64,000 bases of DNA. Origin: Trichodelitschia bisporula (taxonomy: Eukaryota). The notes under the pieces were generated by a model that did no database searches, was not told the origin of the DNA, and saw only the letters and a list, made by a program, of their open reading frames with translations. Position numbers and translations under genes: made by a program. The stretch covers positions 561,420-625,419 of the forward strand of contig ML996690.1 of NCBI GenBank assembly GCA_010356995.1. Reading direction: 5' to 3'. Positions 35,239 through 47,755 of this stretch are shown piece after piece (position 1 is the first letter of the stretch; each line of letters opens with the position of its first letter).

Positions 35239-35877
35239 ATGGCGGCGGTGATTCTGCTTGCTGGACTCGGCCGGTAGTAAAGAGGGGGACGCCTTGTTGA
35301 CCCTTGCTCAACGGTGCCTTGCCGTGGGAGTTGGATGGCAGAATCACCTGCCCAGCTTGTACATACGGTCTCAGGAATTTCTTTGGATGAATGTGTTGTC
35401 TTTGCCGTGGCCTTTTGATCGAACGAATTTGATGCTCATTACTTTGGTTTCCGGCAAGCGGGTTATCAATCATATGGCAGCTGTTGATGGATGAGCATAT
35501 TTGGTGTTACCCTGTCATACCTTCACTAAGGGATGTGCCCATGATACCAGCGGCTCCTGGATCGTAGCTTCCGCACGAAACCATGGTTCCTCCCCTGGGC
35601 CGGAACATGTATCGATACGGCCGTTCCCATCGCCGATCGGGCACTGACCCCTAGGCGGCGGCCTCCCCTCTCATTCATCCAATCGTACCCAGTGGAAAAT
35701 GCGTACGTAGACTTGCCGAGGTGTTCTTAAACCCGAGCATCCTGTAGCGCCTTGTGACATATCCAAGGCCATACTGGCAAGTCCATCCATCATACACGGG
35801 GGTGACCGACGCAGTGAATCACACGCTAACCCCACGGGGCGATAAGGAAGGTACTGTAAGGCCAATTCTACGGTCGT

Positions 35878-37862
35878 CTACTCTAATCCAAAAACTGCCT
35901 TCACCAACTGCTTCTTGTTGACTGCAACGATAGTGAGCACTTAGAATACAGATCCTAAAAAAGGGGCGTCAGACTCACTTTTCCCCATGGCATTTCGCGG
36001 TATGCTCTCGACAACCTTCATCTCCTGCGGGATCTTGTAGTTTGCTAGCCTCTCCTTCAGCGCCCGCCGCAAGTCCATAGCGCCCCATGCCTTTCCACCG
36101 CGTCCGCCCGTTGCCCCCTTCTCCGAGAGGACAACCACAGCTGCGACTTTCTGACCCCATTGCTCGGATGGCAGACCGACGACCGCGCACTCGACTACCT
36201 CAGGCCTATCACCGATTAGCGTGAGGAAATAACACTCGGGATTAAAACGCACAGCGACAGCATCTCGCGCTCAACCTCCAACGCGCTAACCTTCTCTCCA
36301 CCCGTCTTGATAATATCCGCGCTCTTACGCCCCTGGATGAAAAACATCGGCCCCCTAGCCCACTCCTGTCCACTCTTCCCCGCACCCTCCACGACCCTAC
36401 GGACCGCAACATCGCCCGTCTTAAACCAGCGCCCGTGGCCATCTTCATCCTCCGTGAACTCCTTAGCCGTAGCCTCGGGATTCTGCCAGTACTCCTTGAA
36501 AATAGTCGGGCCGCGCAGCTGGATCTCACCAAGCCGCTCCTTGCCGTTCTTGTCCAGCTCCTCGCCGGGCGCTATCACGGCTCCGGTTTCGGTGTCCACG
36601 AGCCGCGCTTCTACGCTCGGTAACGGCCAGCCTACGCTGCCGTCGACGCGGTCGGCGAAGTCCAGTCCGCAGCTGAGGGCCATGCCTACCTCGGTCATGC
36701 CGTAGCGCTCTAGCAGGACGTTGCCGCCGGTGAGCTTGGTCCAGGCTTCCTTGGTGGGGGTGGGGAGGGCCGCGGAGCCGGAGATGTTGAGGCGGAGGTT
36801 GGAGGGTGAGGTTGCTATTCTGGTGGCTTCGAAGAGGTCGGTGGAAAGAGTGGGGTGGGACTGAAGTAGCCGGTTGTATATGGTGGGGACGACGGTGAAG
36901 AAGGTGATTTTCTCGAATTTGTCGGCCGTGTCCTTTAGGAAAGGGGCGCCGAGGCGTTCCCATACAGCCTGAGCGTTGAAGGGGAACAGAAACTCGATGG
37001 TGGAGCCGGCGAATAATGGGGTTAGTAGAGCGTTAACCGTACCGTGGATATGGTGCAGCGGTAACACATGCAGCAGCCGGTCGTCGGGAGAGTATTCCCA
37101 GGCTTTAAGCAGTGACTGGGATTGAGCAATTAGGACCGAAAGCGGGAGGACAACACCTTTCTGAGGACGGTTAGCAAGGCCCTTCAACGATTGACACTCG
37201 TACCGGCCGGTTGGTCGTCCCTGATGTGTAGAGCATCATGCCGCCGCTCGTTGAAGATGTATCCTCTAGGGTTATACGCTCCGAGCTCTTCTTGCCCTCT
37301 GCGATCTTTCGAAGTCCGACAAGCGGCTTGTTCTCCAAACCCTCCTTGACAACCTCATCTGCCTTCTCCCTAAACTTCTCAGACGACAGCAGCATCCGCG
37401 CTCTACTCTGCTCAATGATGTAGCGTAACTCATCGTTCGGAAAGGTAGTACATAGAGGGACGGCAATCGCTTGGCTCGCAAATATAGAGAGTAGGGTTAC
37501 TAGGACAGATAAGTCGTGAGGCAATGAGGGGAGCCAGGCTGCGCACCCACGTAATCGTATCCATTCTCCACCAAAAAGCTGATGCGTTCTCCTTCCAAAC
37601 TGCTGCCATTGGCCTTGCTTTTGAAGTCCTCGGTGGCATCGGCAACATCATGAACCAATTCGCCATAGGTGAAGCTCCGTCCAGAAGGGTAGTGTACCAC
37701 AGCTGTGCTGTTGGGGTTGTGGCTCGTGATAGCCTCGAAGATGGGGAGGCGCGGAAGAGTTGAAGCCATGCGGGCGGAATAAGGCACTCTGTAAGCAAGT
37801 CGCGAGAACGTCGGACGAGAAGCTCTCGCTCTAAGCAGACTGGCGATGCCGGGGGGCCGCAT
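35878..37862 (-). CDS. Acyl-CoA synthetase, ACSF3/malonyl-CoA synthetase-like, spliced
   Basis: YTSGTTNRPKGV, LPLHHIHG, LERYGMTEVGM, WFKTGD, GRKSADIIKTGGEKVSALEVE, PRNAMGKVNK; in-frame ATGs at 37862 and 37769. Confidence 0.88.
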
Positions 37863-38183
37863 ATTGGCCGACCGACCGAGGATGCGAGCTCGGGACGGCG
37901 ATTTCAAGGCAGCGCGGGGTATTGAGGGGCCGGTAATATGCGATCGCTGCGCATCGGAAATGCGCAAGTCCTGTCTATGATGCTGACGTCGTGCACAATG
38001 TGCCGTCGCGGGGTTCTTATGTCCAAACGTCACGAATTGCCGGGTCAAACCGAGCGGCGACCGCAGGTTTGCGAGTTGTGACGACGCCGACTTTTGGCCG
38101 AAGCTTCGTCGGCCCGCAAGGATGCGCGCCGTCTGCAGCATCTGAGGTCATCACGCCGCCCACATTTCTCCCGCATCGCGCAC

Positions 38184-38758
38184 ATGTTCTCCGCTCTTCG
38201 CAGATTCAACCTGCCTGTACGGCATCTGTCTACTATGGCGCAGTCGGCTACGCCCGTCGAGGACGTCGTTCACTCCAAGGTACGTCCATCACTCGACTTC
38301 AAGCGTCAATGGCTAACGCAGTGCTTCGAAAGCTCACCGAGGCGCTCAAGCCGACCTCCCTCGAGATTTTTAACGACTCCCACCTTCACTCTCATCACAA
38401 GGCCATGCAAGGGAGCGTTTCTAAAGAGGTACCCGCACACGACATGCTTATTTCGGGCTGACTGACCGCCGGCAGACACATTTCCGGTGCTTACAATCCT
38501 CGCTATGTCGGACTTGAGCTCACGATAGCCAGCGTATACATCACATCGTCCGCCTTCCAATCAAAGATGCAACCGGCACGTCATAGGATGGTACTAGTTC
38601 TGCGTTCTGTGCGATTCTCGGCTCATACTGCTCAGGTCTACGCTCTGCTGAAGGATGAGCTGGCACAAGCTGGCGGTATTCACGCCCTGCAACTTCAAAC
38701 CCGGACGCCGGAGGAAGAGGAGAGGATAAAGGCACAAGAAGCGTCAGGGACAAACTGA
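38184..38758 (+). CDS. BolA-family protein (mitochondrial Bol1-like), five exons including an 11-nt microexon
   Basis: Spliced product LTEALKPTSLEIFNDSHLHSHH..ETHFRVYITSSAF..ARHRMVYALLKDEL..GIHALQLQTRTPEE; microexon at 38476-38486. Confidence 0.9.
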
Positions 38759-39115
38759 GACAGTCAGTATTGCTAGGAACCTACGATATCCGCACTCCGA
38801 TCCGCATGTCATCATCCTGTAAGGAACACCTCCGTATCCAGCGGTTCAGTGCGCCTTTGAAATCTCACTCTTCGAGGCGAAATTGGAGACTGGGCGATAG
38901 CTTCCGCAAGTCTATCTCTTCTGGCTCTGATCCTACACCGACCATGCCGCAGCAGACACTTACGGGACTGTTCCTCGCCTCGTCGGAAAGAAAAGAGAAT
39001 TAAGGAGCTTGCTGAACAATGGTCTTGTCATGTCACTCGCTTTGACCTTTGAGCGATCAAATTCACTAGTTTTCAGCAGATTTGCGATCATTGCTTTCCG
39101 TCTGTACTAGTGGAG

Positions 39116-40521
39116 CTATGGACAGGGGCTTTGCTCCGTCGTTGGCAAAGCATCAAAGTTCTCCTGAAGCCAGAGCGCAGTCTGTGCCAGTCCATCTCGG
39201 AGAACCTGTGTCTCACACACGTACCCAATCCGCACATATCCCTTGAACTCCTTTCCAAAGGAATAGTCGCCAGGTGCCCAACAAACACCAGCCTCTTGCA
39301 CCAGCCGCCGACATAACACCTGAGCGTCAATCGGCTTGCCACCTTTATGGAAACGCACGAAAGCAGTTGTGCCAGCCACTGGCTTTACCCAGTCGCAGAC
39401 ATCACTGTGATTGATGACAAATTGATCCAGAATCTTCAGGTTGTCTCTGGCGAGGTTCATATTGCGCGATAGGAGTCCATCATGGACGTCGTCCGAGAGC
39501 GCATATGCTGCCACGGCAGAGTCCAGTTGGCTGACGGAGATGATGGTGTAATGCCGCGCTCCGGCAACCTTCTCGATGATGTCAGAGTTGCGGCTGGCGA
39601 TCCAACCAAGACGGATGCCGGCAAGGGAATATGCCTTTGACATAGATCCCGTGACAATTGTGTGTTTGGAGCCCAGTGACACAAGACTTGGTGGAAACTC
39701 GGGCGACTGTGGGTCGACTGAATGGTACAGTGGGCGATATACCTCGTCCGAGAGAACAATGATATCCTTCTCTTCAGCTATTTTCACAACCCCCTCCAGG
39801 AGTGATCTAGGAAGGACGGATCCTGTCGGGTTGTTTGGGTTACAGTGCAAAGTCAGTAAGTGCCATCATCTCCATATTCCAACAACTTACTTCACGATGA
39901 TCATCTTTGTGTTTGGCTTTAACAGTCGCTTCAACTCTTCGATGTCCAGGGACCAGTTCTTGTCAGGGTTGGCCTTCCAGAGATCCACCTCCGCCCCAAG
40001 AGCAGTCGGTTCGGCATACAACTGCTGATACGTCGGGTAATGGCAGATGACATGATCTCCTGGGCCGACGAGAGCATACATAAGTAGGTGGTTCGCAGCA
40101 ATGGCTCCGGAAGTGATCAGGATGTTTTCTTCGGGAAGTGGCGAGGCTGAAAACGTTAATACGGGCGGACAAGGATACTGCTAAGCCAGCTGATTAGAGG
40201 ATTCCTTACGAGCTTGCCGAGAGTACAAGCGAGCGAGGTTGGCGATGAGCTCCTTTGAGCCGCGGATATCGCCGTATCCCAACTTCTTGGACGACGATAT
40301 GATACTTTTCTTCTCGCCAACGGAGAGGCTCTGGAGGTCATCCAGAGATATTGAAGCGCAGCAGGTCTCAGCTAGGTCATACTTGGCTCCAGGCTGATAA
40401 TCATCCATCCACTTCCTCAAGGTTAGATAGGCATGGTCAAGCTGAGGTCACGAGGAATTCGTTCAACATGGGCGGAGGTCGTACCCACCTTCTCGATACC
40501 GAATGTCTCAATTTGAACCAT
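39116..40521 (-). CDS. PLP-dependent class I/II aminotransferase, spliced
   Basis: MVQIETFGIEKWMD, LAETCCAS, GYGDIRGS, NPNNPTG, SDEVYRPL, GSMSKAYSLAGIRLGW (PLP lysine). Confidence 0.9.
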
Positions 40522-41363
40522 CTTGAAGACGCAGTAAGAGGCAGAATCGTATTGTTGAAAGGTACCGAGCTAAACTTGCGAGAATATGTGATTTTATATG
40601 AGGGGGAACGAGAGCTATGACATGTGTCGTCTGTAGGGCGTACTTCAATGCTGCGAGGAGAGCACTAGGATCAGTTCAAGCGCAGGGTACAGGCAATGCT
40701 ACCATTACTACTACAGTACATTCATATGCCATTCTTGGCGGCGAAAATGCCTAAAGATAGCGGTTTGGGCAACTATAAGCTTACGGTAAAGAGATCCACG
40801 ATCCACGATCCTCGCATAGCTCACCCTGCCGGGAAAGAAGGCAGCCTTCGATGTATCCGTACTGATCAGTAGCACAGTAACTGGAGAATACTCCGCATCT
40901 TGCACATGACAAAGGGCAAGCTGGCCAAAGAGCGGAGAGAAAGCCCCATGCATGTGAGATGGGAAAAGCGGGATCGGAATGGCAACCCCACCATCGTCCC
41001 CAGCGGGGAGTGCACCCTTGCAACCGCGGCCAGAAAGCTCCAACCAACCAAACCTGCTCGGGGCCCTCTGACCACTGGTGCCACTCCAGCCTCCCGCTCA
41101 TCGCCGCCGCTGCCCAGGCCACCACGCATTCACCTGCAACCCATCGTCCGCATCTGTCAACCTACCTCGTACCACCATTCCCATTGATTTCGCGATAAGC
41201 TCCATTGCGATATCGTGTCTACGGGAGCAGGCTTCCCTTCATACCCTCCCGAATCCGCCCTCCCCCGTCTCTTCCCCTCCAACTGTCGATGTTGCGGTGA
41301 TCAACACACGCCACTGAACGAGCGTACCTGCCTGCTGCGCGACTGCTTCGGACGAGCTTCGAA

Positions 41364-44300
41364 ATGCGGCAAACAACACTTTTATTCTCTGCTGTCGCGG
41401 TCCTGGCATCGTCGTGGACCGTCGGAGCTTACAAAGGAGGACGTAACTACACAACTCCCAATATGCAGTCTACGCCCTTCAGCATCTACGGCGACCGTCC
41501 GGACGGCTGCCCTCCATGCTTCAACTGCAACCTAGAGGCTTTCCAGTGCCGGCAGTTCGCCGATTGTAGCCCCGCAACTGGCCGCTGTATCTGCCCGGAA
41601 GGATGGGGTGGTGAGGACTGCACTGAACCTCTCTGTGGATCACTTCCTGGAGGCAGAGACCGGGTACCGCGAAACGGCCCCGAGTGCGAGTGCGAAGATG
41701 GGTGGGGTGGGATCAACTGCAACGTCTGCCGGACAGACACAGCCTGCAATGCCATGACAGCGAGCGGAGAAGGTGGCGTTTGCTACAAGGACGGTCTGGT
41801 CGTCCGGAAGAACTTCCAGCAGTGTGACATCACGAACAAGAAGATCTTGGAAACACTTAAGAAGCAGAAGCCGCAGGCCACATTTGCTTGCGATGCGGAA
41901 ACGGAAGAATGCAATTTCCAATGTTTGTCGCTCCATACCCGACCTTACCGCACAGTTTGCTAACACCCTTCAGTCTGGGTTGACCAACGGGAATCCTTTT
42001 ATTGCGCCCTAGATCACTGCGGCTTCAAATTCACGACGGAATCCGATCGTAATATCACCGAGTACAACTGCCAGAACATCAAGTGCGCCTGCATTCCTGA
42101 TCGGATGCTCTGTGGCGAGTCCGGGTCCGTTGATATCGGCGAATTTCTCCAGGAGTCGATCAAAGGCCCTGCATCTTTCAGGACAACATCCACGGATGGA
42201 GGCAGTGCGAGCGATGGCAGTGTGTTCTCGGAGCCGGCGATGAACCAGCTGATCTCGGACGTTTTTGGCGATGAGACCATTACTCTCTCATGCGATGCGG
42301 GCGAATGTCTCCACGAAACTGAAGTCCCCGGATACGAGCGGCCAGTCAAGAGGATCAATACTCCGCTGATAGCGGGTGTCATTGCTGGCTGTGCACTTTT
42401 CGTCGTTGCTGTTATCCTGGGTGTCTGGTATCTGTCAAGATCTTCTGGAAGATGGGGACCGATCCATCTGTCCGACGATGAAGATGACGAGCAAGGCAAG
42501 CTCATGGCGGACCACAAGCCGGCAGCGTTGTTCTTTCAGAACGTGTCCTACCGGCTGAAGGGAAAGCAGATTCTCGCCGATATTCAGGGAGCTGTCCGTC
42601 CCGGCGAGCTCATGGCGATCATGGGAGCTTCGGGAGCAGGCAAAACTACCTTCCTCGACATACTCGCGCGGAAGAACAAGCGCGGCGAAGTCATGGGCGA
42701 TTTCTTCATCAACGGCGAAAAGGTGCTGGACGACGAGTTCCGGAGCGTCATTGGGTTCGTCGACCAGGAGGATACCCTTCTGCCGACTTTGACGGTGCAT
42801 GAGACCATCATGGACAGCGCTATGCTTAGGCTGCCGAAGGACATGAGTTTGTCGGCAAAGACTCAACGCGTGGAGGATGTTGAGAAGCAACTCGGCATCT
42901 ACCACATCCGGCACCAGATCATCGGATCCGAAGAAGGCAACGGGCGCGGCATCTCTGGTGGAGAGAAGCGCCGGGTGGGTATTGCTTGCGAACTGGTTAC
43001 AAGCCCAAGCATCCTGTTCCTGGACGAACCCACAAGCGGTCTAGATGCCTTCAATGCCTTCAACGTTGTCGAATGCCTCGTCAATCTGGTCAAGAACTAC
43101 AATCGGACGGTCATTTTTACCATTCATCAGCCGAGATCGAACATCGTCGCCCTCTTCGATCAACTCATTCTGCTTGCCAGAGGCCGCACGGTCTACTCTG
43201 GCCCTTTCAACCAGTGTCAGGCATACTTCGACCAGATTGGCTTCGCCTGCCCCCCGGGGTTCAACATTGCTGATTATCTCGTGGATTTGACAATGCATGC
43301 TGGAACATCTCACATGCCAATCGACGAGAGCAGCTCGTTGTTCGACAGACGCGCAGCTCCACCAACTCGGGCAAGCAGCACTATTGCCATCAAATCCGTC
43401 CCAAGCATCGCCGGCTCGAGCATGAACACTCGAGATGTCGCAGGAAGCCCTAGCGAGTCGCTTTTGAGGCCTCAGTCCAAGCGTAGAACTTCCATCAAGC
43501 AACAGCAAGATCGTCAACTTTTCACCAGAAAGAAAAGCGCCGACCCATCAACCGTAGCCGCCTCCAAGACGGATGACGAAGCTTTGATTCCGGAGTCCAG
43601 TATCGACAGCACCCAGCAGTGGCTCCGGCTGTCCAGGCAGCACGGTGCACCGCCGCCTCAGATTCTCGACGACCTCGATGAGCTCCCCCCTCCTGCCAAC
43701 GGCGCGACGGGCACGGATCTCGATATGCTAGTTGCACACTATGCATCATCCGATGTTGCGACCACGATCCGTGAGGAGACCCAGAGTTCCATTCAGTCTG
43801 CAAATACAGCAAACGGCCGTGCGGATGATGCGCATTCCGTCTCCGCTGGCAGAGTCAAGGGCTACGACAAGGTTGGCTTCTTTGGGCAGTTCGTCATCCT
43901 GTCGACGCGGACCTGGCGCAATATCTACCGCAACCCGGTACTTATGCTCACCCACTATGTCATTGCCATTGTCCTGGCAGCGTTCCTCGGCTTCCTCTTC
44001 TACGGCCTCACAGATGACATCGCCGGCTTCCAGAATCGTCTTGGCTTATTCTTCTTCCTGTTGGCTCTCTTTGGATTCAGCACCTTGACGACATTGTACG
44101 TCTTCAGCTCCGAGCGGCTCCTGTTTGTTCGTGAGCGGGCCAAGGGGTACTATTCGCCGCTATCCTACTTCACCGCCAAAGTCATTTTCGACATTGTGCC
44201 CCTCCGTCTAATTCCTCCCCTCATCATGGGCACTATTGTCTATCCGATGACCGGCTTGCTCCCGCAGTGGCCAGAGTTCTTCAAGTTCATCATGTTCCTG

Positions 44301-44758
44301 GTTCTTTTCAACTTGGCCGCTGCCGCCATATGCCTCTTTATTGGCATCATTTTCAAGAACGGCGGTGTGGCCAACCTTATTGGAAGTCTTGTAATGCTCT
44401 TCTCGCTCCTCTTCTCCGGCTTCCTGCTCAACCACAACACCATTCCGCCGATTGTGACCTGGATGCAGAATGTAAGTGCCGACGATTCAAGCTGGCTATG
44501 ACCACGCTAATTCGATGACAGCTTTCGATCTTCCATTATGGATTTGAAGGTCTCATCGTTAACGAGGTGCGGACGCTGAGTCTGGTGGATAAGAAGTACG
44601 GGCTTGACATCGAGGTCCCTGGCGCCGCGATCCTCAGTTCGTTCGGCTTCAACGTATTGGCATTGAAGATGGACGCGCTGGGTCTGGCTGTCTTCGCCGC
44701 CTCGTTTGTGGTGCTCTCTTATGGCGCCATGCACTTCTTGTTGGTCGAGCAGAGGTAA
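41364..44758 (+). CDS. ADP1: ABCG half-transporter with EGF-like luminal domain, spliced
   Basis: Signal peptide, CPPCFNC..C..GWGGEDC EGF repeats, Walker A GASGAGKT, signature [19 protein letters not shown]-terminal TM domain. Confidence 0.95.
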
Positions 44759-45242
44759 TAGACCTAAGGTAGAAGTGCGTGCCTTTTGGTAAGGGATGCG
44801 GGGTCCCACTGTAGTTATGCTAGAGTTTCTTGTCTCTATCTCCGGAGCTGGTCGGTAGAATTGCGCAGTCTGAGATCTTGCATATCACGGCATTAAGAGA
44901 GGGCGTAATGGGCGCTTCGTCGTACGCTTCATGTACGCTGTAGTAACAGGGTTCTGGTATTTAGTATTTAGCAATCAAGTATTCCAACTGTGACATCTGC
45001 CCCGATGCACCATGAACATGGCACACAAACCCTTGATTTGGTGTCAGTCGGCATCTTGCCGTGCTTGCCAGGCAGCCTTGAAGTGGCAACTATGATGGCA
45101 TCCTGGGCAAGATTCACACAAAGGAATTTGACAGCATGTCCCTCGGGTTTTGTCCCTCAAGCACGAAGTTCAGTAACAGGGAAGAGATCATTCTTCTCCA
45201 AAGCCCCGGACAAGCCGAAGACCATGATGAAAAAATGGGTTG

Positions 45243-45427
45243 TTCGCGTCAGCTCCAGATAGTGCAATAGGAGCGACACAGTGCTAGTCAACATGCGCAA
45301 GCACAGAGGCTGACCAGCGGGTGGCAAAAATAAGATTAATCTTGAAGTGACTCCGTAGAGTCGTTTCAGAGATTAAACTGAAAAGAACAGATACTACACT
45401 TGATCTAAGCCAAAGGCAAAGAGAGCT
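45243..45427 (-). ncRNA. U2: U2 spliceosomal snRNA
   Basis: Minus strand AGCTCTCTTTGCCTTTGGCTTAGATCAAGTGTAGTATCTGTTCTTTTCAGTTTAATCTCTGAAA with branch-recognition GTAGTA; Sm site ATTTTTG at 45325-45331; stem-loop IV GCTCC-TATTGCACTATCT-GGAGC. Ends are approximate. Confidence 0.96.
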
Positions 45428-45467
45428 AAAGAAAAGAAGAAGAGGTTTTGGAAGGGGAGAGGTCCGA

Positions 45468-45475
45468 TATTTATA
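45468..45475 (-). promoter_or_regulatory. TATA box of the U2 gene
   Basis: TATAAATA about 40 nt upstream of the U2 5' end. Confidence 0.7.
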
Positions 45476-45968
45476 CCCTCGGGGTGCGGGGGAACAGGCC
45501 AGGGCACGGGACCGGAAAATTGATATTCCGGTAGGCTGAAGTGCAGTCTCGGCGAACCTTCCCTTTTGATCCGCACTCTCTGGAAGGCTCGACATCATGA
45601 TTGGGGAGGCACGAAAGGCTTCCCTAGTATGTGACCACGGATCCTTCCTCCAACATAGGCAGGAACAATCGCAGTGACTCCGCACCGTAGGATTTCACTC
45701 AGGAGCCCCGCCAGCCCCAGTACGGGAAGAAGAACAGGCGGAGGAGCTTTCTGGGTCGGAACAGGCATCACAGTCACATCAAACTGGTGCTCGTGCTATG
45801 TTGCCACACCGTGGAAGTCCAACGTGCCACATGTTTCCACAAAGGTGGGATCATATGAATTACGGCCTCATAGGGCGAAAGCTCCGAGACTGCTGCATCT
45901 ATCCTAAGTGGGCAAATGGGTATCTTGCGCAACCTTCCAACGCTCAAAACGCCGACCATGCCCCAAGT

Positions 45969-46943
45969 CTAGTCCAAAGCTTCGAGCTCACTGTCCATCT
46001 TTGCCCGCGCGTCATTCTCCGAGACCATAATCCCAACAAGGCACGCCCCAAGCATGTTCTCCCAGTTCACCCACGGATGCACCTCGGCAAACAGCTTCGC
46101 CCCATCCTTGCCTGCCGCACGCTTCAGCTCGCCCTCGCCGCCCGGGTGGTATGGCAGGTACGGCGTGATATTGTACACCTTGCCTTGGTAGGAAGACCAT
46201 GCGGGCCGTCCCTTCCGCCCGTTATTCTGCTTCAGCATCGAGGGCGTGACGCGCTCTAGCTTGGATACACCCGAAAGGTTGGTACCGGAGTTTATAAGCG
46301 TGGCCCAGTCGAGCGGCGAGTAGCCAGCCCGCAGCTGGACCTTCTGACGTGGGTTCGGCGTCCGTACAGCTATGCCGCTGGGTGCTGCTAGGTTGTTTGA
46401 TGGCGGGCCGCGGTTTGGCAAGGGGCCGGAGGGGAGTGCGCGTAAGGTGGCGGCACTGGAGGGCGGGAGTCGAGGCGGTGCCATGCGCTGCGGAGCCGCA
46501 AGCTGGCTTTGAGGGGAAGGACGGAGAGAAGGCGGACCCATGAGGTTTGAGGGTGCGCTGGCTCGCTGGGCGGAGTTAACCGCCGGGAACGAAGGTGGCG
46601 GGAGGTTATCGTCCTCATCGTCGGGCGCGCCGGTGTCTAGGGTGAAGGTCGGGACTGGAGGAAGAGTTTTGCTGGTCGCTGGTTGCGCTTTTGGTGTGGT
46701 CTCGCCGGAATCAGAGTCCGTTGACGTGGACCGGCGTGACGCGTCCTTCTCCGACGGCTTATGTTGCCCAGTGTGAGGTGCATCGCTCGCGCCCTTGGTA
46801 CCCGTATCGGCTTCGGCGGGAGGAGGATTTGCAGAAGAAACAAGGATGGTTTTGAGAAAGGAAAACATTCTCCATTTTAAGCCTCCAGTGTTGAATAGAA
46901 AAATAGATAGTGCTATCGCTATCAGGGTAAGGCCGATGTACAT
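45969..46943 (-). CDS. Cytochrome b5-like heme-binding protein (Irc21-like) with N-terminal hydrophobic anchor
   Basis: KVQLRAGYSPLDWA, GKVYNITPYLPYHPGG, AGKDG, VHPWVN; single-exon 324-aa ORF. Confidence 0.88.
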   Translation of the reverse strand: MYIGLTLIAIALSIFLFNTGGLKWRMFSFLKTILVSSANPPPAEADTGTKGASDAPHTGQHKPSEKDASRRSTSTDSDSGETTPKAQPATSKTLPPVPTFTLDTGAPDDEDDNLPPPSFPAVNSAQRASAPSNLMGPPSLRPSPQSQLAAPQRMAPPRLPPSSAATLRALPSGPLPNRGPPSNNLAAPSGIAVRTPNPRQKVQLRAGYSPLDWATLINSGTNLSGVSKLERVTPSMLKQNNGRKGRPAWSSYQGKVYNITPYLPYHPGGEGELKRAAGKDGAKLFAEVHPWVNWENMLGACLVGIMVSENDARAKMDSELEALD

Positions 46944-47215
46944 GGCCGGCGAGGTGTAGTGGGGTGTGAACGGATTTGGTGGATCTGGAAACGCGACTCC
47001 AGCATTGGATGGGGCGCTTTTGAGCCTCTCCCGCTTGCGCCACCAACGTCCCGCTCAACCCCTCGGCCTCGACCCCGACCCACAGAACTGTCCCATCCCC
47101 TGCGTCACGACGACCTGATATCTGCTGACGCTCGGCAATTAAGGTGCATGATACTAAAAAGCTCGCACTGAGGAACGTATTTAAGCAACTCGGAGTCCTC
47201 ATCAAAGCCTTCATC

Positions 47216-47755
47216 ATGCTCACTCGCCGTGTCGTCCGTTCACTTTTATCCACACGAATTTCCTCGAACCTACGAGTCGCAAGAAGACCACATATCACAA
47301 GACAAATAAAACCGTTATCAACATCTCGCCGCGCTATGCAAGCCACACCGCACCCCTTAAGGGAGTCTGGAAATTCAGATGACGTCGTGGAGTATCTGGA
47401 AGAGCTGTAAGGACCCTATCGCTATTCACGATGCGATTATCTAACGCCGCATAGATATGAAGGTGCTAGAGAAGAGGTGATTCAAGCTTCACATATTAAA
47501 AGTCACGGGATAACTGACCATATTCAGTTCCAAATCGCCGCCGAAGAAACGGAGGACAACACCATTTATGCCGCAGATGACCGAGCGGCCGCCCGTCTAG
47601 AATTCGACAAGCTGAAAGAAGCCTACTCGCAAATCGTCGACGATGCTTCTCGGCCTTCTGATCTTAGAGACACCGTAAGGCGGAGAGCTGGCCAACGGAT
47701 TAGGGAACTTGAGATGGCCATGGCGGCTTTGGAGGAGAAGGGAAACAGTCACTAA
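47216..47755 (+). CDS. Uncharacterised small helical protein with mitochondrial-type presequence, three exons
   Basis: MLTRRVVRSLLSTR presequence; splices to VEYLEEL-YEGAREE-FQIAAEETEDNTIYAADDRAAA..GQRIRELE through canonical introns. Confidence 0.72.

Noticed and set aside
35878..44758. Acyl-CoA synthetase, aminotransferase and ABC transporter as a secondary-metabolite cluster
   Set aside because: No PKS, NRPS or terpene core gene; ACSF3-like, BolA and ADP1 are conserved housekeeping genes.
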